Position numbers and translations under genes: made by a program. Below, one piece after another: positions 20,599 through 30,500 of a stretch of DNA of 47,128 nt; within the stretch, counting starts at the first letter, position 1, and every line of letters starts with the position of its first letter. The notes under the pieces are model-generated. The model saw nothing but the letters and a program-made list of their open reading frames with translations, was not told the DNA's origin and ran no database searches. Source of the DNA: an uncultured bacterium (GTDB lineage: Bacteria > CSSED10-310 > CAZUFC01); contig CAZUFC010000064.1 of assembly GCA_964619725.1 (NCBI GenBank), positions 1 to 47,128 of the forward strand, written 5' to 3'.

Positions 20599-20603
20599 AA
20601 AAA

Positions 20604-20717
20604 ATTCAACAAAGCATAAAGCTGGAGCGAAAGTCAGCCTCTCATATTGTGACGTACAATCACTTCTTCGCAAAAAAAACTGCCGCCAATCCAGCATATA
20701 TGCAATTAGTGTAAGAC
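20604..20717 (+). repeat. Imperfect hairpin with attC-like layout
   Basis: ATTCAAC (RYYYAAC)-aaaGCATAAAGCTGGA ... TCCAGCATATATGC-aattagt-GTAAGAC (GTTRRRY with one mismatch). Confidence 0.3.
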
Positions 20718-20820
20718 GCGTCGTAACAGTAATCTTTCATAACGAAAACACAATTCAAGCTTCTGGTTCGCTGATTTACCTGTGCTTAAAAAGGCATTTT
20801 CATCGCTTTCAAACAGGTTT

Positions 20821-20848
20821 TTGACTTCAAAGATTTAATTCTTACAAT
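20821..20848 (+). promoter_or_regulatory. Putative sigma70 promoter
   Basis: TTGACT, 16 bp, TACAAT upstream of ATG 20889 (SD AGGAG). Confidence 0.45.
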
Positions 20849-20888
20849 GAGATACGGATACAGAATTTAATTTACAGGAGATTGAGTT

Positions 20889-21671
20889 ATGAAAACAAAA
20901 AACATATTACTTTTCTTTTTTCCTATGGCGACAGTAATAGGATTATACGGAGGCCTTTGTTGTGTAGGGATGGGTTCAGATTTGTTTTGGGACATGTCTT
21001 CCGCCGGACCTCCCCAATACGGCGAGCGGGAGCCGGTTCAACGGGAATCAGCGCGACTTTGTGAAGGAAGACCTCGCGGATTGTGGGCGGCTGACTGGGA
21101 TAACGACGGACTTCTTGATTTTATTTCCGGGTATTATGACGGCAGGGTTATGGTCAATCTTAACATTGGAACTGCCGGCGCTCCTCGTCTGCAGGATGGG
21201 GTATGGGTTGAGGATGCATACGGCGTTCTGGATGCAGGAACGGAATCCATGTCGGTATGTTTCGATTGGAATGAGGACGGCCGCAAGGACCTTCTGGCAA
21301 GCCGTTTCTGGGGGCTTTATTTTCATCCGAACGTTCAAACGGGTCTGAGCGCGCCCGGGGAGGCAGAAAATTTGACGGTTCAGGCGACGTCAGACCATAC
21401 CGTATCGCTGTCCTGGAATAATCCCTCTGATAATGATTTCGAAGGCGTAATAATCCTTCGTTCCGAATCCTCTATTGCCTGGCGTCCGATGGACAGGATG
21501 CGGTACCATGTCGTTCCGGGTACAGAAGCGGCTCCAGGCGTGGAAATAGTTTACAAGGGCAGCGCCGATCATTCAGCAGCGCCCTGGACGGATACCGGTT
21601 TGACTCCGGGAACGGATTCTAACCCGGATTTTCCTGTGGAAACATATTTCCAAAAGACCCGGGTATTTTAA
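20889..21671 (+). pseudogene. FG-GAP/VCBS-repeat + FN3-like protein, probably truncated or internally deleted
   Basis: Only two FG-GAP-type repeats (DWDNDGLLD, DWNEDGRKD); FN3-like VSLSWNNP..WTDTGLTPGT lacks the final strands, and the last ~14 codons run through a hairpin. Confidence 0.5.
21622..21664. terminator. Imperfect hairpin between convergent genes, possible bidirectional terminator
   Basis: ACCCGG..TTTT..GGAAA-cata-TTTCC-AAAA..CCGGGT followed by ATTTT. Confidence 0.35.
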
Positions 21672-21697
21672 TGATCGCTCTTTTTTAGTATGTAGGG

Positions 21698-23920
21698 TTA
21701 AAACCTGTTGCTGCTGTAAGAAGCTTTTTTTAAGAATATGAATATTCCGCTGATGACGGCTGTAAGAGTGAGTAAACCGAAAGGAGATGAAGTCGGTATG
21801 GGGAATAAAGGCGTAATGACGGGTGAAGGCGTGGCGGTACCTCCAGGCGTTAGGACCGGAGTGGGTGTTGCCGGCGTATAGCCGACCTGATTGAAGTGAT
21901 AACCCATATCTGCCGTTCCGGAATCGGTTACGGCATCCGTTCTCGTGGTCAGATCGGACAGGCAGACAGTTCCGAAATAAGTGGAAAAACAAATATCATC
22001 AGCATCTTGATTGCCGGCATCTACGCACGGACTGTCAAAAGCCTGACCTGCAGCCGTCTGACTCAGACAGTAATTGCCCGCTGCTCCTGATACGAACAGA
22101 GGATCAACATCTATATTGCCTTCTCCGGGGAATCCGCCCTGAATATTGGAATATTCTACAGTCGCAGCAAGCGAAGAATCATAGAATTCATCGGGATAAT
22201 CGTTCCAGAAAATGCAGTTTGCAAACTGGGAAGCCGCATTGTAATTCCTGATCGCGCCGCCGCCGACCGCTTGTGTGGAATTCTCGGTAAAAGTGCAATT
22301 CACAAGCACAGGAGCGGATGTATTATAACAGTATCCTCCAGCGCCGCCTGCGTATCCGGATTGATTGTTTACGAAAAGGCAATTGATGAAAGCCGGCGAG
22401 GAATAATTATAGACGAAGAATCCGCCTCCTCCGAGGCTGGCGACGTTGGATTTAAAAACGCAGTTGGCAATTACCGGCGAGGATGCATTCAGAACCATGG
22501 CGCCTCCGTAAGAGGCCGAATTACCGGTAAAAATACAATTATGTATGCTGGGAGATGAGTTACTTAAAAAAATGCCGCTTCCATACGCTGAAGAACCGTG
22601 TCTGAAAGTAAATCCGCTTACATAGGAATCTGAGGATTCTGAATGGGTGAAGTTTATAGCGTTTCCGCTGTTTTCACAGTCGATTATACATTCATACGGA
22701 CCGTTTTCGGAAATGAGTTTTATGGCTTTTCCGTAAAATTGCAGATTCTTGTTTCCGTTTCCCTTGTAGATGCCGGATGCGACCAAAATCGTGTCATTGT
22801 CCACTGAAGCGTTTATGGCGCTTTGAATGTTGGGATAATCCGTGGGCACGCCTATGGTTCGTCCGCCTCTGGCATAATGGAATCCCATGTCGACCTGTCC
22901 CGAATCTTCGGATTGGTCCGTCGAGGTCGTCATTTCATTCAGGCACAGATTCCCATATCCGTCAAAAAAGCATATGTTTTCGGACAGGTCGCTTCCCGCA
23001 TCGATACAGGGACTCTCCTCGGTATGTCCTGTAGATGTTCGGCTTAAATAAAAATGACCGTCTTCCCCGGTTACGAAAAGAGGGTCCTGGTTGATGTTGC
23101 CAGTTCCGGCGAATCCCCCTTGAATGTCCGAATAGCTGACATCAGGAGAGCCGGCATCTTCAAATATCTCGTCAGGCGTGTCGTTCCAGATAATACAGTC
23201 GGTTATGACGGGAAAACACAAATAACCGCAGTAAATGCCTCCGCCGCCGTATCCGCCGTCATTGCCGGTTATGGTGCAGTTTTTTATTACCGGAGAGGAC
23301 TCCTGGTCGCAATGAATCCCTCCGCCGTCAAAAAATGCAGAATTTCCCGTAATCGTGCAGTTGGTGATATCAGCATCAGAGTAACTGTCGAAACCGATTC
23401 CTCCGCCTCGATACGCGTTGTTGTTTTCAATCAAACAATCGTTTATTTTCGGCAGTGAATAATTACATTCGATCCCACCGCCGTTCCACGTCGCTCCATT
23501 GTTTTTTATTATGCAGCCTATGATCTGAGGATAACAAAATTCACAAAATATTCCACCGCCATAATTCGCCTGCCCGTTGACGATAGTCACTCCGCTTAAA
23601 ATTGAGCCGTCGTCTTCTCCGCTCTGAAAATGGAATCCCCTGTCTCCGCCTTCGCAATCAATGACGCAGGTCTCAGGTCCATAAAGCGAAGTCACGAGGA
23701 TTGATTTTCCTGAAAAATCGATTCCCCTGTTGCCCGACCCCGTATAAGTTCCCGCAAGTATTAAAACTGTATCGCCGTTCCCGGCAGCATCTATGCCGTC
23801 CTGGATGGTCGGATAATTGTCAGGCACGATCAACGTCGCGCCTTGAACCGTTAAAGGAAAAAAAAGGCATAGAATAAATGCCGCCTTCAGCAACCGGTTT
23901 ATTTTTGATTTTTTTTTCAT
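21698..23920 (-). CDS. Secreted tandem (2x) beta-helix protein with Pro/Thr linker and IPTL-CTERM-like anchor
   Basis: Signal peptide; two units each starting VP.xYPxIQ and ending SPC(I/V)DAG..DMG(F/Y)H; tail IPTSSPFG + TM + KK; start ATG 23920 after GGGGG (ORF track starts at 23962). Confidence 0.85.
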   Translation of the reverse strand: MKKKSKINRLLKAAFILCLFFPLTVQGATLIVPDNYPTIQDGIDAAGNGDTVLILAGTYTGSGNRGIDFSGKSILVTSLYGPETCVIDCEGGDRGFHFQSGEDDGSILSGVTIVNGQANYGGGIFCEFCYPQIIGCIIKNNGATWNGGGIECNYSLPKINDCLIENNNAYRGGGIGFDSYSDADITNCTITGNSAFFDGGGIHCDQESSPVIKNCTITGNDGGYGGGGIYCGYLCFPVITDCIIWNDTPDEIFEDAGSPDVSYSDIQGGFAGTGNINQDPLFVTGEDGHFYLSRTSTGHTEESPCIDAGSDLSENICFFDGYGNLCLNEMTTSTDQSEDSGQVDMGFHYARGGRTIGVPTDYPNIQSAINASVDNDTILVASGIYKGNGNKNLQFYGKAIKLISENGPYECIIDCENSGNAINFTHSESSDSYVSGFTFRHGSSAYGSGIFLSNSSPSIHNCIFTGNSASYGGAMVLNASSPVIANCVFKSNVASLGGGGFFVYNYSSPAFINCLFVNNQSGYAGGAGGYCYNTSAPVLVNCTFTENSTQAVGGGAIRNYNAASQFANCIFWNDYPDEFYDSSLAATVEYSNIQGGFPGEGNIDVDPLFVSGAAGNYCLSQTAAGQAFDSPCVDAGNQDADDICFSTYFGTVCLSDLTTRTDAVTDSGTADMGYHFNQVGYTPATPTPVLTPGGTATPSPVITPLFPIPTSSPFGLLTLTAVISGIFIFLKKASYSSNRF

Positions 23921-23959
23921 TTTTCCCCCGTTCGCAAAATCAACCCTTTTACAACTTTT

Positions 23960-23988
23960 CATATACTAATCCCCGAACCTATTGTCAA
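23960..23988 (-). promoter_or_regulatory. Putative promoter for the 23920 gene
   Basis: Minus strand TTGACA, 17 bp, TATATG; overlaps the upstream ATG 23962, supporting the 23920 start. Confidence 0.4.
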
Positions 23989-24107
23989 ATCGGAGCTTCA
24001 ACTTCATACATAGTCAGGATTCTTTAATTGGGCGTTTCGAGTCCATTTTTCGACGGTTATTTGATAATAAAACGAATCCAGGTATAAAATAACTTACGGA
24101 GGAAGGT

Positions 24108-24635
24108 ATGAAAAGAAACGCTGTTTATCTGACGACGCTGTTAATGGCTCTGGCTTATTGGTTTCTCGTACACCGCTGCCCTGAAGAACAGCCTGATAAG
24201 CAATCTGACGTCCGTGGGTACATCCGTCTCAGGATAGGCGGCGAAACATATTCGTCAGAAGATGCAAAATTTGTTTTTTCAACTTCGGAAGGCAAATACA
24301 GTCTGATGTCTTACCGGGAAGATACGGATGATCCCGCCTTTTTTCTTTCTGGCCCCTTTCCTGCCGATGAGCGCTTTTCTGATCGGGAACAAATGATCGG
24401 AATGAGACTGAATGTTGATTACAGCATCCAGGAAGATGAGAGTCCGGCAATTCCCGATAATAACAGGAAAGTCTTTACGGCAATTGACGGCAGTATACGG
24501 ATAGATGCCTTTGAGGATGGTTTTCTCAAGGGCGCCATTCAAGCTCGTTTTATGAAAAAACCTTCGGAGGAAAATTCGACGCCGGTAGAAGGGCAGGGTT
24601 ACTTTGATGCTCTTTATATACAGAAAGAATCCTGA
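24108..24635 (+). CDS. Hypothetical membrane-anchored or exported protein
   Basis: SD GGAGG, N-terminal hydrophobic helix, beta-rich remainder ending in G.F.A. Confidence 0.7.
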   Translation: MKRNAVYLTTLLMALAYWFLVHRCPEEQPDKQSDVRGYIRLRIGGETYSSEDAKFVFSTSEGKYSLMSYREDTDDPAFFLSGPFPADERFSDREQMIGMRLNVDYSIQEDESPAIPDNNRKVFTAIDGSIRIDAFEDGFLKGAIQARFMKKPSEENSTPVEGQGYFDALYIQKES

Positions 24636-24749
24636 TCCTTTGTCGGGGATCAAGTGAAAAAGATGCAAACGAAAGTCTGCTCCTGAATTCAGTTTTGTCG
24701 ATCGGGTCAACATCGGTCGAGAGCAGCATCCTCTCTACTGAGTAATCCC

Positions 24750-24904
24750 GGCATTGATCAAAAATATCTCTTTTGAGGTTACAATTCGACAAAATCTTCC
24801 ATCATTTTGTTTCGATTTATATCCCGATTTCGATCTCGATCCCGATTACTGAAACAAACTGTCAAAAATTTTGAAAGAAGTGTAACCCCGGTTTAATCTG
24901 TCCC
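24750..24904 (+). mobile_element. MITE family A, copy 1 (155 bp, 6 hexamer units)
   Basis: Ends GGCATTGATCAA..TTAATCTGTCCC; degenerate 8-bp flanks GTAATCCC/GGAATTCT (5/8); aligns with 39981-40129 and 44103-44322. Confidence 0.85.
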
Positions 24905-24913
24905 GGAATTCTA

Positions 24914-25744
24914 TCAAGTAACTCCTTTTAATCGCTGGCAGTTCGGACAGATGAAATGAGATGTTGAACCTGTTTTTATTTTTTCAACTGCTGTGCCGCA
25001 ATTCGGGCATTTTTTTCCTTCCTTGTAACCGACTCCCAATCTGTCCATATTGTACCCGCCTCGAGTGCCGAAAAAATCCTGTTCGAATGAGAGTCCTCCC
25101 GCATCGATGCTTTCCTGAAGAACATCCTGTATAGCATGGAAAAGTTCTGTTTTTTGTCGTTTGCTGAGAGCGGGGATTGGCGTTTTGGGATGCAGTCCGA
25201 CTCTGAAAAGTATTTCCTGTATGTAGACATTTCCTATGCCGGCGATATTTTTCTGGTTCATCAGAAACGGTTTAACGGCTCCCCTTCTCCCTTCCAGCAT
25301 GCGCAAGAATTTTTCCTCAGTCAACTCGCTGTCCAACGCATGAGGACCCAGGGCGGATAATTCTTTATGCCGGTACAAATGCGTTGCTTTTACCAGGTGT
25401 ATTTTACCGAACCACCAGAAATGAATGGTGTATCCGCTTCCGTCGTGGAACCGCATCAGGAATTGATATTTTCCCGAAGGATTTTGCCCGGAAGCAAGAT
25501 AGAACATTTCAGCGCCCATGCCCAGATTAGTCAGGAGAAGAGCGTCATCGTTCAGGGGAGTAATAAGCCATTTGCCCTTGGGATAAGTTTTGCCGAGTGT
25601 TCGATGAATCGTTTTTCGTTTAAATTCGGGAACAGAAATATTGAGATTTTTAGGTTGCCGGGCGACGATATTTTTTATTTTTTTTCCTTGTACCGTTTGG
25701 GATAATTGACGAGCCAAAACGGTTATTTCAGGCAATTCAGGCAT
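24914..25744 (-). CDS. Fpg/Nei family DNA glycosylase, atypical
   Basis: N-terminal PELPE, KGKW, H2TH LMNQKNIAGIGNVY, zinc finger CPNC..CPNCQ. Confidence 0.9.
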   Translation of the reverse strand: MPELPEITVLARQLSQTVQGKKIKNIVARQPKNLNISVPEFKRKTIHRTLGKTYPKGKWLITPLNDDALLLTNLGMGAEMFYLASGQNPSGKYQFLMRFHDGSGYTIHFWWFGKIHLVKATHLYRHKELSALGPHALDSELTEEKFLRMLEGRRGAVKPFLMNQKNIAGIGNVYIQEILFRVGLHPKTPIPALSKRQKTELFHAIQDVLQESIDAGGLSFEQDFFGTRGGYNMDRLGVGYKEGKKCPNCGTAVEKIKTGSTSHFICPNCQRLKGVT

Positions 25745-25763
25745 TTATTTCCATTAAGGAGTT

Positions 25764-27521
25764 TCACGCTCCTTTCCTGTATAGTTTTGTGGAACCGATA
25801 AGCATAGCGAAACCGAGAATAAGAATAAAGCTTCCAAGCCTGTTAAGAGCGGGGATAGGAGGCGGAGTGACGACGATAGTTGGAGTAGCGGTATAGTAAG
25901 GCGTTTGAGTGCTTGTCGGGGTTATGGTTGGAGTGTCTGTCGGAATTTCGGTCACGTAACTGGTGGGTGTTCGAGTAGGCGTAATGGTTGTTGTGGGCGA
26001 CAATGTGGGAGTTGCGCTGGAAGTCGGAGTGCCGGTTATAGTTGGGGTGAACGTAGGCAGCGGCGATTCTGTCGGTGAGAGCGTAGCTGTGAGCGTCGGC
26101 GAAAGAGTGGCTGTAGGAGAGGGCGTAGCGGTCGGAAGCGGGGTGGCGCAATTAAAGGTGAAGTAGCCGTTTTGAATTTCCCAGCCGCTCACGTCGTCAC
26201 GAAGATGAGAAAAATAGAGCAAACTCTGCTCTCCATTTTCACAGTCCGCGCATACCACATCAAAGTTTAAACCGACCAGGGTCCCGTTGCTGCCCGCAGG
26301 GATAAATTCAGGATAGGAGTAACCGGTAATTCGTATTTCACCGTTTGTCGGTTCGTTGCACCCGAACATCACCCAGCTCGGATCGAGTTCTCCGGCATCG
26401 CAGGAAAGATAATCGAGCATTTCCGGGTCATAGTTCACATAGAACACGAAAGCATCCACGTCCGTATCGGGATTCGCCATAGTCACGTCAATGGTCACGG
26501 CATCCCCTGTGCACCCTGATACATCGGCTATTTCAAGATGATCGTTTCCGACAGGAGTGGGTATCTGCGTGGGAACAGGAGTGGGACAGACATAAGTAAA
26601 TATGCCGTTATCGATTTCCCAGCCTTCCAGATCGTCCTGAAGCAGGCTGAAGGAAAGGTGACATTGATCATTATTCTGACAGGAAGCGCAATTGACTCGG
26701 AACCTAAGAACGGCCAGACTGCCTTCGCTGCCGGACGGTATAACCTCTGGATGAGAAAAACCGGTGACTATGACCGTTCCCGAAGTCGGTTCATTGCATC
26801 CGAACATGACCCATCCGGGGTCGAGTTCGCCTTCAAAACAATCGACGAATTCGAGCATATCCGGACAATAATTCAAGTGGAAAACGAACGCGTCTACAGG
26901 AGTATCCGGATTGGATATAAGGACCTCCACGTCGACGACATCCTCGTTGCATCCTGAAAAATCCTGCAACTGAATAATATCGCTGCTTACAGGCGTAGGA
27001 ATGACCGTGGGCGTCGGCGCTTCGCAGTAATACGTGAACACGCCGAACTCCGTATCCCAGCCGGAGATATCGTCCTGAAGATTAGTGAAATAAAGCATGC
27101 TCTGATCGCCGTTTTCGCAATTTTCGCATTTGACTGTAAAGCTGATCTGCATCAGCGAACCCTCGCTTCCCGCCGGAATACTTTCCGGATAAGAAAAACC
27201 GGTTGCCCTTATTTCACCCGGCGTCGGTTCATTGCAGCCGAAAAGCACCCAGCCGGGATTTAAAGAACCCTCCGAACATTCATTGAATTCAAGTTTTTCC
27301 GTATCGTAATGCAGGGTAAAACCGAAAGCATCAACGGTAGTATCAGGATTGGATATGTTCACATTGGTCACTACCGTATCTTGATTACAGCCGGTAAAGT
27401 TTTCCAGTGCAATCTTATCTCCCTTGTTCGCCGCATCCGTCGTTCCTGATGGGACAACCGTTCCGGCAATCAACAGAACAATCAGAAAAAGCGACGGGAA
27501 TGACGGGTAAATTTTTTTCAT
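25764..27521 (-). CDS. Three-cohesin mini-scaffoldin with Thr/Pro stalk and IPTL-CTERM-like anchor
   Basis: Signal peptide; three ~132-aa repeats (V.ISNPDT.VDAF.F.L.YD.E.L..G.L..W..FGCNEPT.G.I..TGFS.P..IP.GS.G.L..L.F.V); ~100-aa TPT-rich region; IPALNRLG + TM + KLYRK. Confidence 0.85.
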   Translation of the reverse strand: MKKIYPSFPSLFLIVLLIAGTVVPSGTTDAANKGDKIALENFTGCNQDTVVTNVNISNPDTTVDAFGFTLHYDTEKLEFNECSEGSLNPGWVLFGCNEPTPGEIRATGFSYPESIPAGSEGSLMQISFTVKCENCENGDQSMLYFTNLQDDISGWDTEFGVFTYYCEAPTPTVIPTPVSSDIIQLQDFSGCNEDVVDVEVLISNPDTPVDAFVFHLNYCPDMLEFVDCFEGELDPGWVMFGCNEPTSGTVIVTGFSHPEVIPSGSEGSLAVLRFRVNCASCQNNDQCHLSFSLLQDDLEGWEIDNGIFTYVCPTPVPTQIPTPVGNDHLEIADVSGCTGDAVTIDVTMANPDTDVDAFVFYVNYDPEMLDYLSCDAGELDPSWVMFGCNEPTNGEIRITGYSYPEFIPAGSNGTLVGLNFDVVCADCENGEQSLLYFSHLRDDVSGWEIQNGYFTFNCATPLPTATPSPTATLSPTLTATLSPTESPLPTFTPTITGTPTSSATPTLSPTTTITPTRTPTSYVTEIPTDTPTITPTSTQTPYYTATPTIVVTPPPIPALNRLGSFILILGFAMLIGSTKLYRKGA

Positions 27522-27583
27522 TTTTAACCTCTCTCGCTGTTGATGATTAACGTTAGCGTCACGTAACTTTTCCAGATGTTCAT

Positions 27584-30500
27584 TTAGTCCAGCAGTCCGT
27601 AACCCGTCGTTGTCTCTTTTAAATAATGCTCCCTCGATTGGAACCGCAGCTCATCGCCGTTTTTTTGAAACCGCAGGTCGCAGAAGGTAAAGCGACCGGC
27701 GCCCGCAGTGAATTCCGTCAAATCGTCCTTCAGATCAAAAAGACTGAGAGCGCTTTGTTCGCCAATTCTGCAGTCCGCTGAGAGGACTTTGAATTTGAGC
27801 AGCGCCAGGGTACGATTTTCACCGGCGGGAATATAGTCCGGATAGGCAAAACCAGCAAATTTAAGATAACCAGGCTCCAATTCATTGCACCCGAACATGA
27901 TCCATTGCAAATCCTGTTCGACTACTTCCCAATCGGTCAACTCAAGCATTTCAGAATCGAACTCAAGCGAGAATCCCAGGGCATCGATTTCCGTATTCGC
28001 GTTTCTGATCATAATTTCAACGGTAATTTCCTCATTGACGCAACCTGCGGCATCATTCACCCAAATGACGTCGGCTGCTTGATCAAGACTCTTTTCAGTA
28101 ACTGCATCGAGCGGCATGCCGTAGGGCTCGATTGATTCCGAATCGACTTCCGCATGCGGCGCATCTATTTTCGAATAGCGACCGAAAAGTTTTTCGTCGG
28201 CCTGATCGCCTGTGAACATTCCCTTGGCAATAGCGTCTGCGCATTCGCAATCTTCTCCCAGGATGAAAATATGCATGCACTGGGCATCTCCGATAGTCAC
28301 CTGTCCGTCACCCATGCAATCCGCCGAGCACCATTCTTCGTAGGAGGGCGAATAGGCGCCCAGAACGATCATATATGTCATCTGGCAGTCTTCACTGGTG
28401 ATTTCTCCATCATTGTTGACGTCGCCGTCGTTAATGCACGGTTCAGGCGTAAACGTCGGTTCAGGCGTCGGAACCATGGTCGGGGGTTCGGTCGGCATTG
28501 GAGTGAATGTTGGCATCATAGTCGGCGTCAACGTCGGGACGGGAGTCGGAGAATAATCGGTCCAGTCCAGGTAATAGACGTCTTCGCTTACTCGCTCCGC
28601 CCCTATATTGCTGTTGCCGGTATCCACACAATCATCCAGTCCGAATTGCGTGTCGAGGGGACCGTCTTCTTTTCCCCAGAAATTATACGATGCGTCGATG
28701 CAGGTTGAAGTCGTCGCATTGTAAACGGCATAACTGATGTGATCGCTGAAATAGTTCGTGTTGGAAGCAGAACCGCCGATAAGAGGTTGAGCGCTTGACG
28801 TAATATAAATGCCGTATCCGCTTCCTGCAGCATTATTCGAGTGTATGTTGCAATTAACGATCTCAGGCATCGAAGTGGACCCGACAGCATAAATTCCGTA
28901 GCCGCTATTATAACGAATTACCGCTCCGTCTATCAGGGAATGGTTCATCGCAGCGGAGGCTTCCTGGATGTAAATCCCGTAAGAAGGATTATTTTCTATT
29001 ACTCCGCCGTTTATGCTGACGGTTCCGGGTTCGGCGTAAACGCCGGAACTCGTGTTATCGTGAATCCAGCAGTCTGTCAATGTCGGACGTGCATTGTTGG
29101 TGTAAGCCCTGACGCCGTTGCCGGCGCCGTAGCTGATTTCACAATTCGAAAGAACCGGCGAACTTTCGTAACATTGCACGTTTTCATACGCGGCGCCGGC
29201 GCCTCCATACTCAATTACGCAATGCTGCAACGATGTGATGGCATCGTCGGAATGAGCGGCGAAGTAAATTCCGTGCCAGTCGCCCGGAGCCGGATTAGGC
29301 ATATCGGACGTGAATATTACAGGTTCCGAAGCCGTGCCTTCAGCGACAAGGGCTCCCGGATAGTTCGCGTTGGAATCGTGACCGATCCAGAGGTAAATGC
29401 TGTTGATCATTAATTCCGCACCCGGTTCGATCGTCCAGGTCGTAACCTGATCAGCTCCGTCTTTACCCTGAACAAATACATGCGCTGCTGAATGAATATA
29501 ATACGGAATTCCCTGATCGACCCACACGCTGTCTTTCGTTATGGTGTCGCCGTATACGTAGAACTGCTGATAATCGTTGTCGACGTAGGCGCAGCCTGTG
29601 ACGCCGTGTGTTTGCGAAGCGTACATCCTGACGGGATAATTTGAATTTTCTGAGAATGTGCAGCCGTTCACCGTCGCAGAATCGTATCCGCCGTTGCAGT
29701 ACAACCCCCAGTTGTTGCCCGTTACCGTCGAATCCTGGAGAGTTACATGTGAAGAATTGTTCACATATATGCCGTAGCTTTCGTTATCATGGATCATGCA
29801 ATTGATGAGAGAGGGATCGGCATTCGTATTGGCGTATAATCCATAGCTCGTTGAATTGCCGATATAGCAGTTTTCCAGGACAGGAGCAGCATTGGAGTGT
29901 GCATACACGCCGTATCCTGAATTATAATTGAAAATGCAATGGCGGAAAACAGGCGATGAATCATAGCAATAGATGTTTTCATAGCCGCTGTAACCGCCGT
30001 ATAGAACATTGCAGTATTCCATCAGGCATGATGCATCATCGGAATATCTTGAGAAATAAATTCCATCCCAATAACCGGGAGAAGCCGACCCGCGCGGTCC
30101 AAAAATAATACGTGCTGAGTCGGTTCCAAGCGCCTGTAATCCTCCGGTCAGCGTGCTGTTGCTGTCGTGACCGATGTACAATCCCCTCTGAGTATTGAAA
30201 TGCAGTTCTGAGCCGGCTTCAATCGTCAGTACGGTTATGTCCTCTTCTCCGTCCTGACCCTGAACGTAAACGTCGCCTTCTATATAATAGGGTTCGTTCA
30301 TTTCCCAGTAACTGTCATAGACGATGGTGTCTCCCCTGACGTTTATGAATTCATAAAGGTTATCCGCGTAAGAGCAATCCGATATATTCCTGACGTTGCC
30401 TGCATAAATGTGAATCGGATAAGCGTTATTCTCGGTGAATGAGCAGTTCGTTATAAGCGGCACGTCTGCAGCGCCGTTGCAATAGAGCCCATAGCTCTGA

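Noticed and set aside
25860-26145. Thr/Pro-rich stretch as a DNA tandem repeat or contingency locus
   Set aside because: Codons are varied, so the repetition is at the protein level (stalk/linker) only
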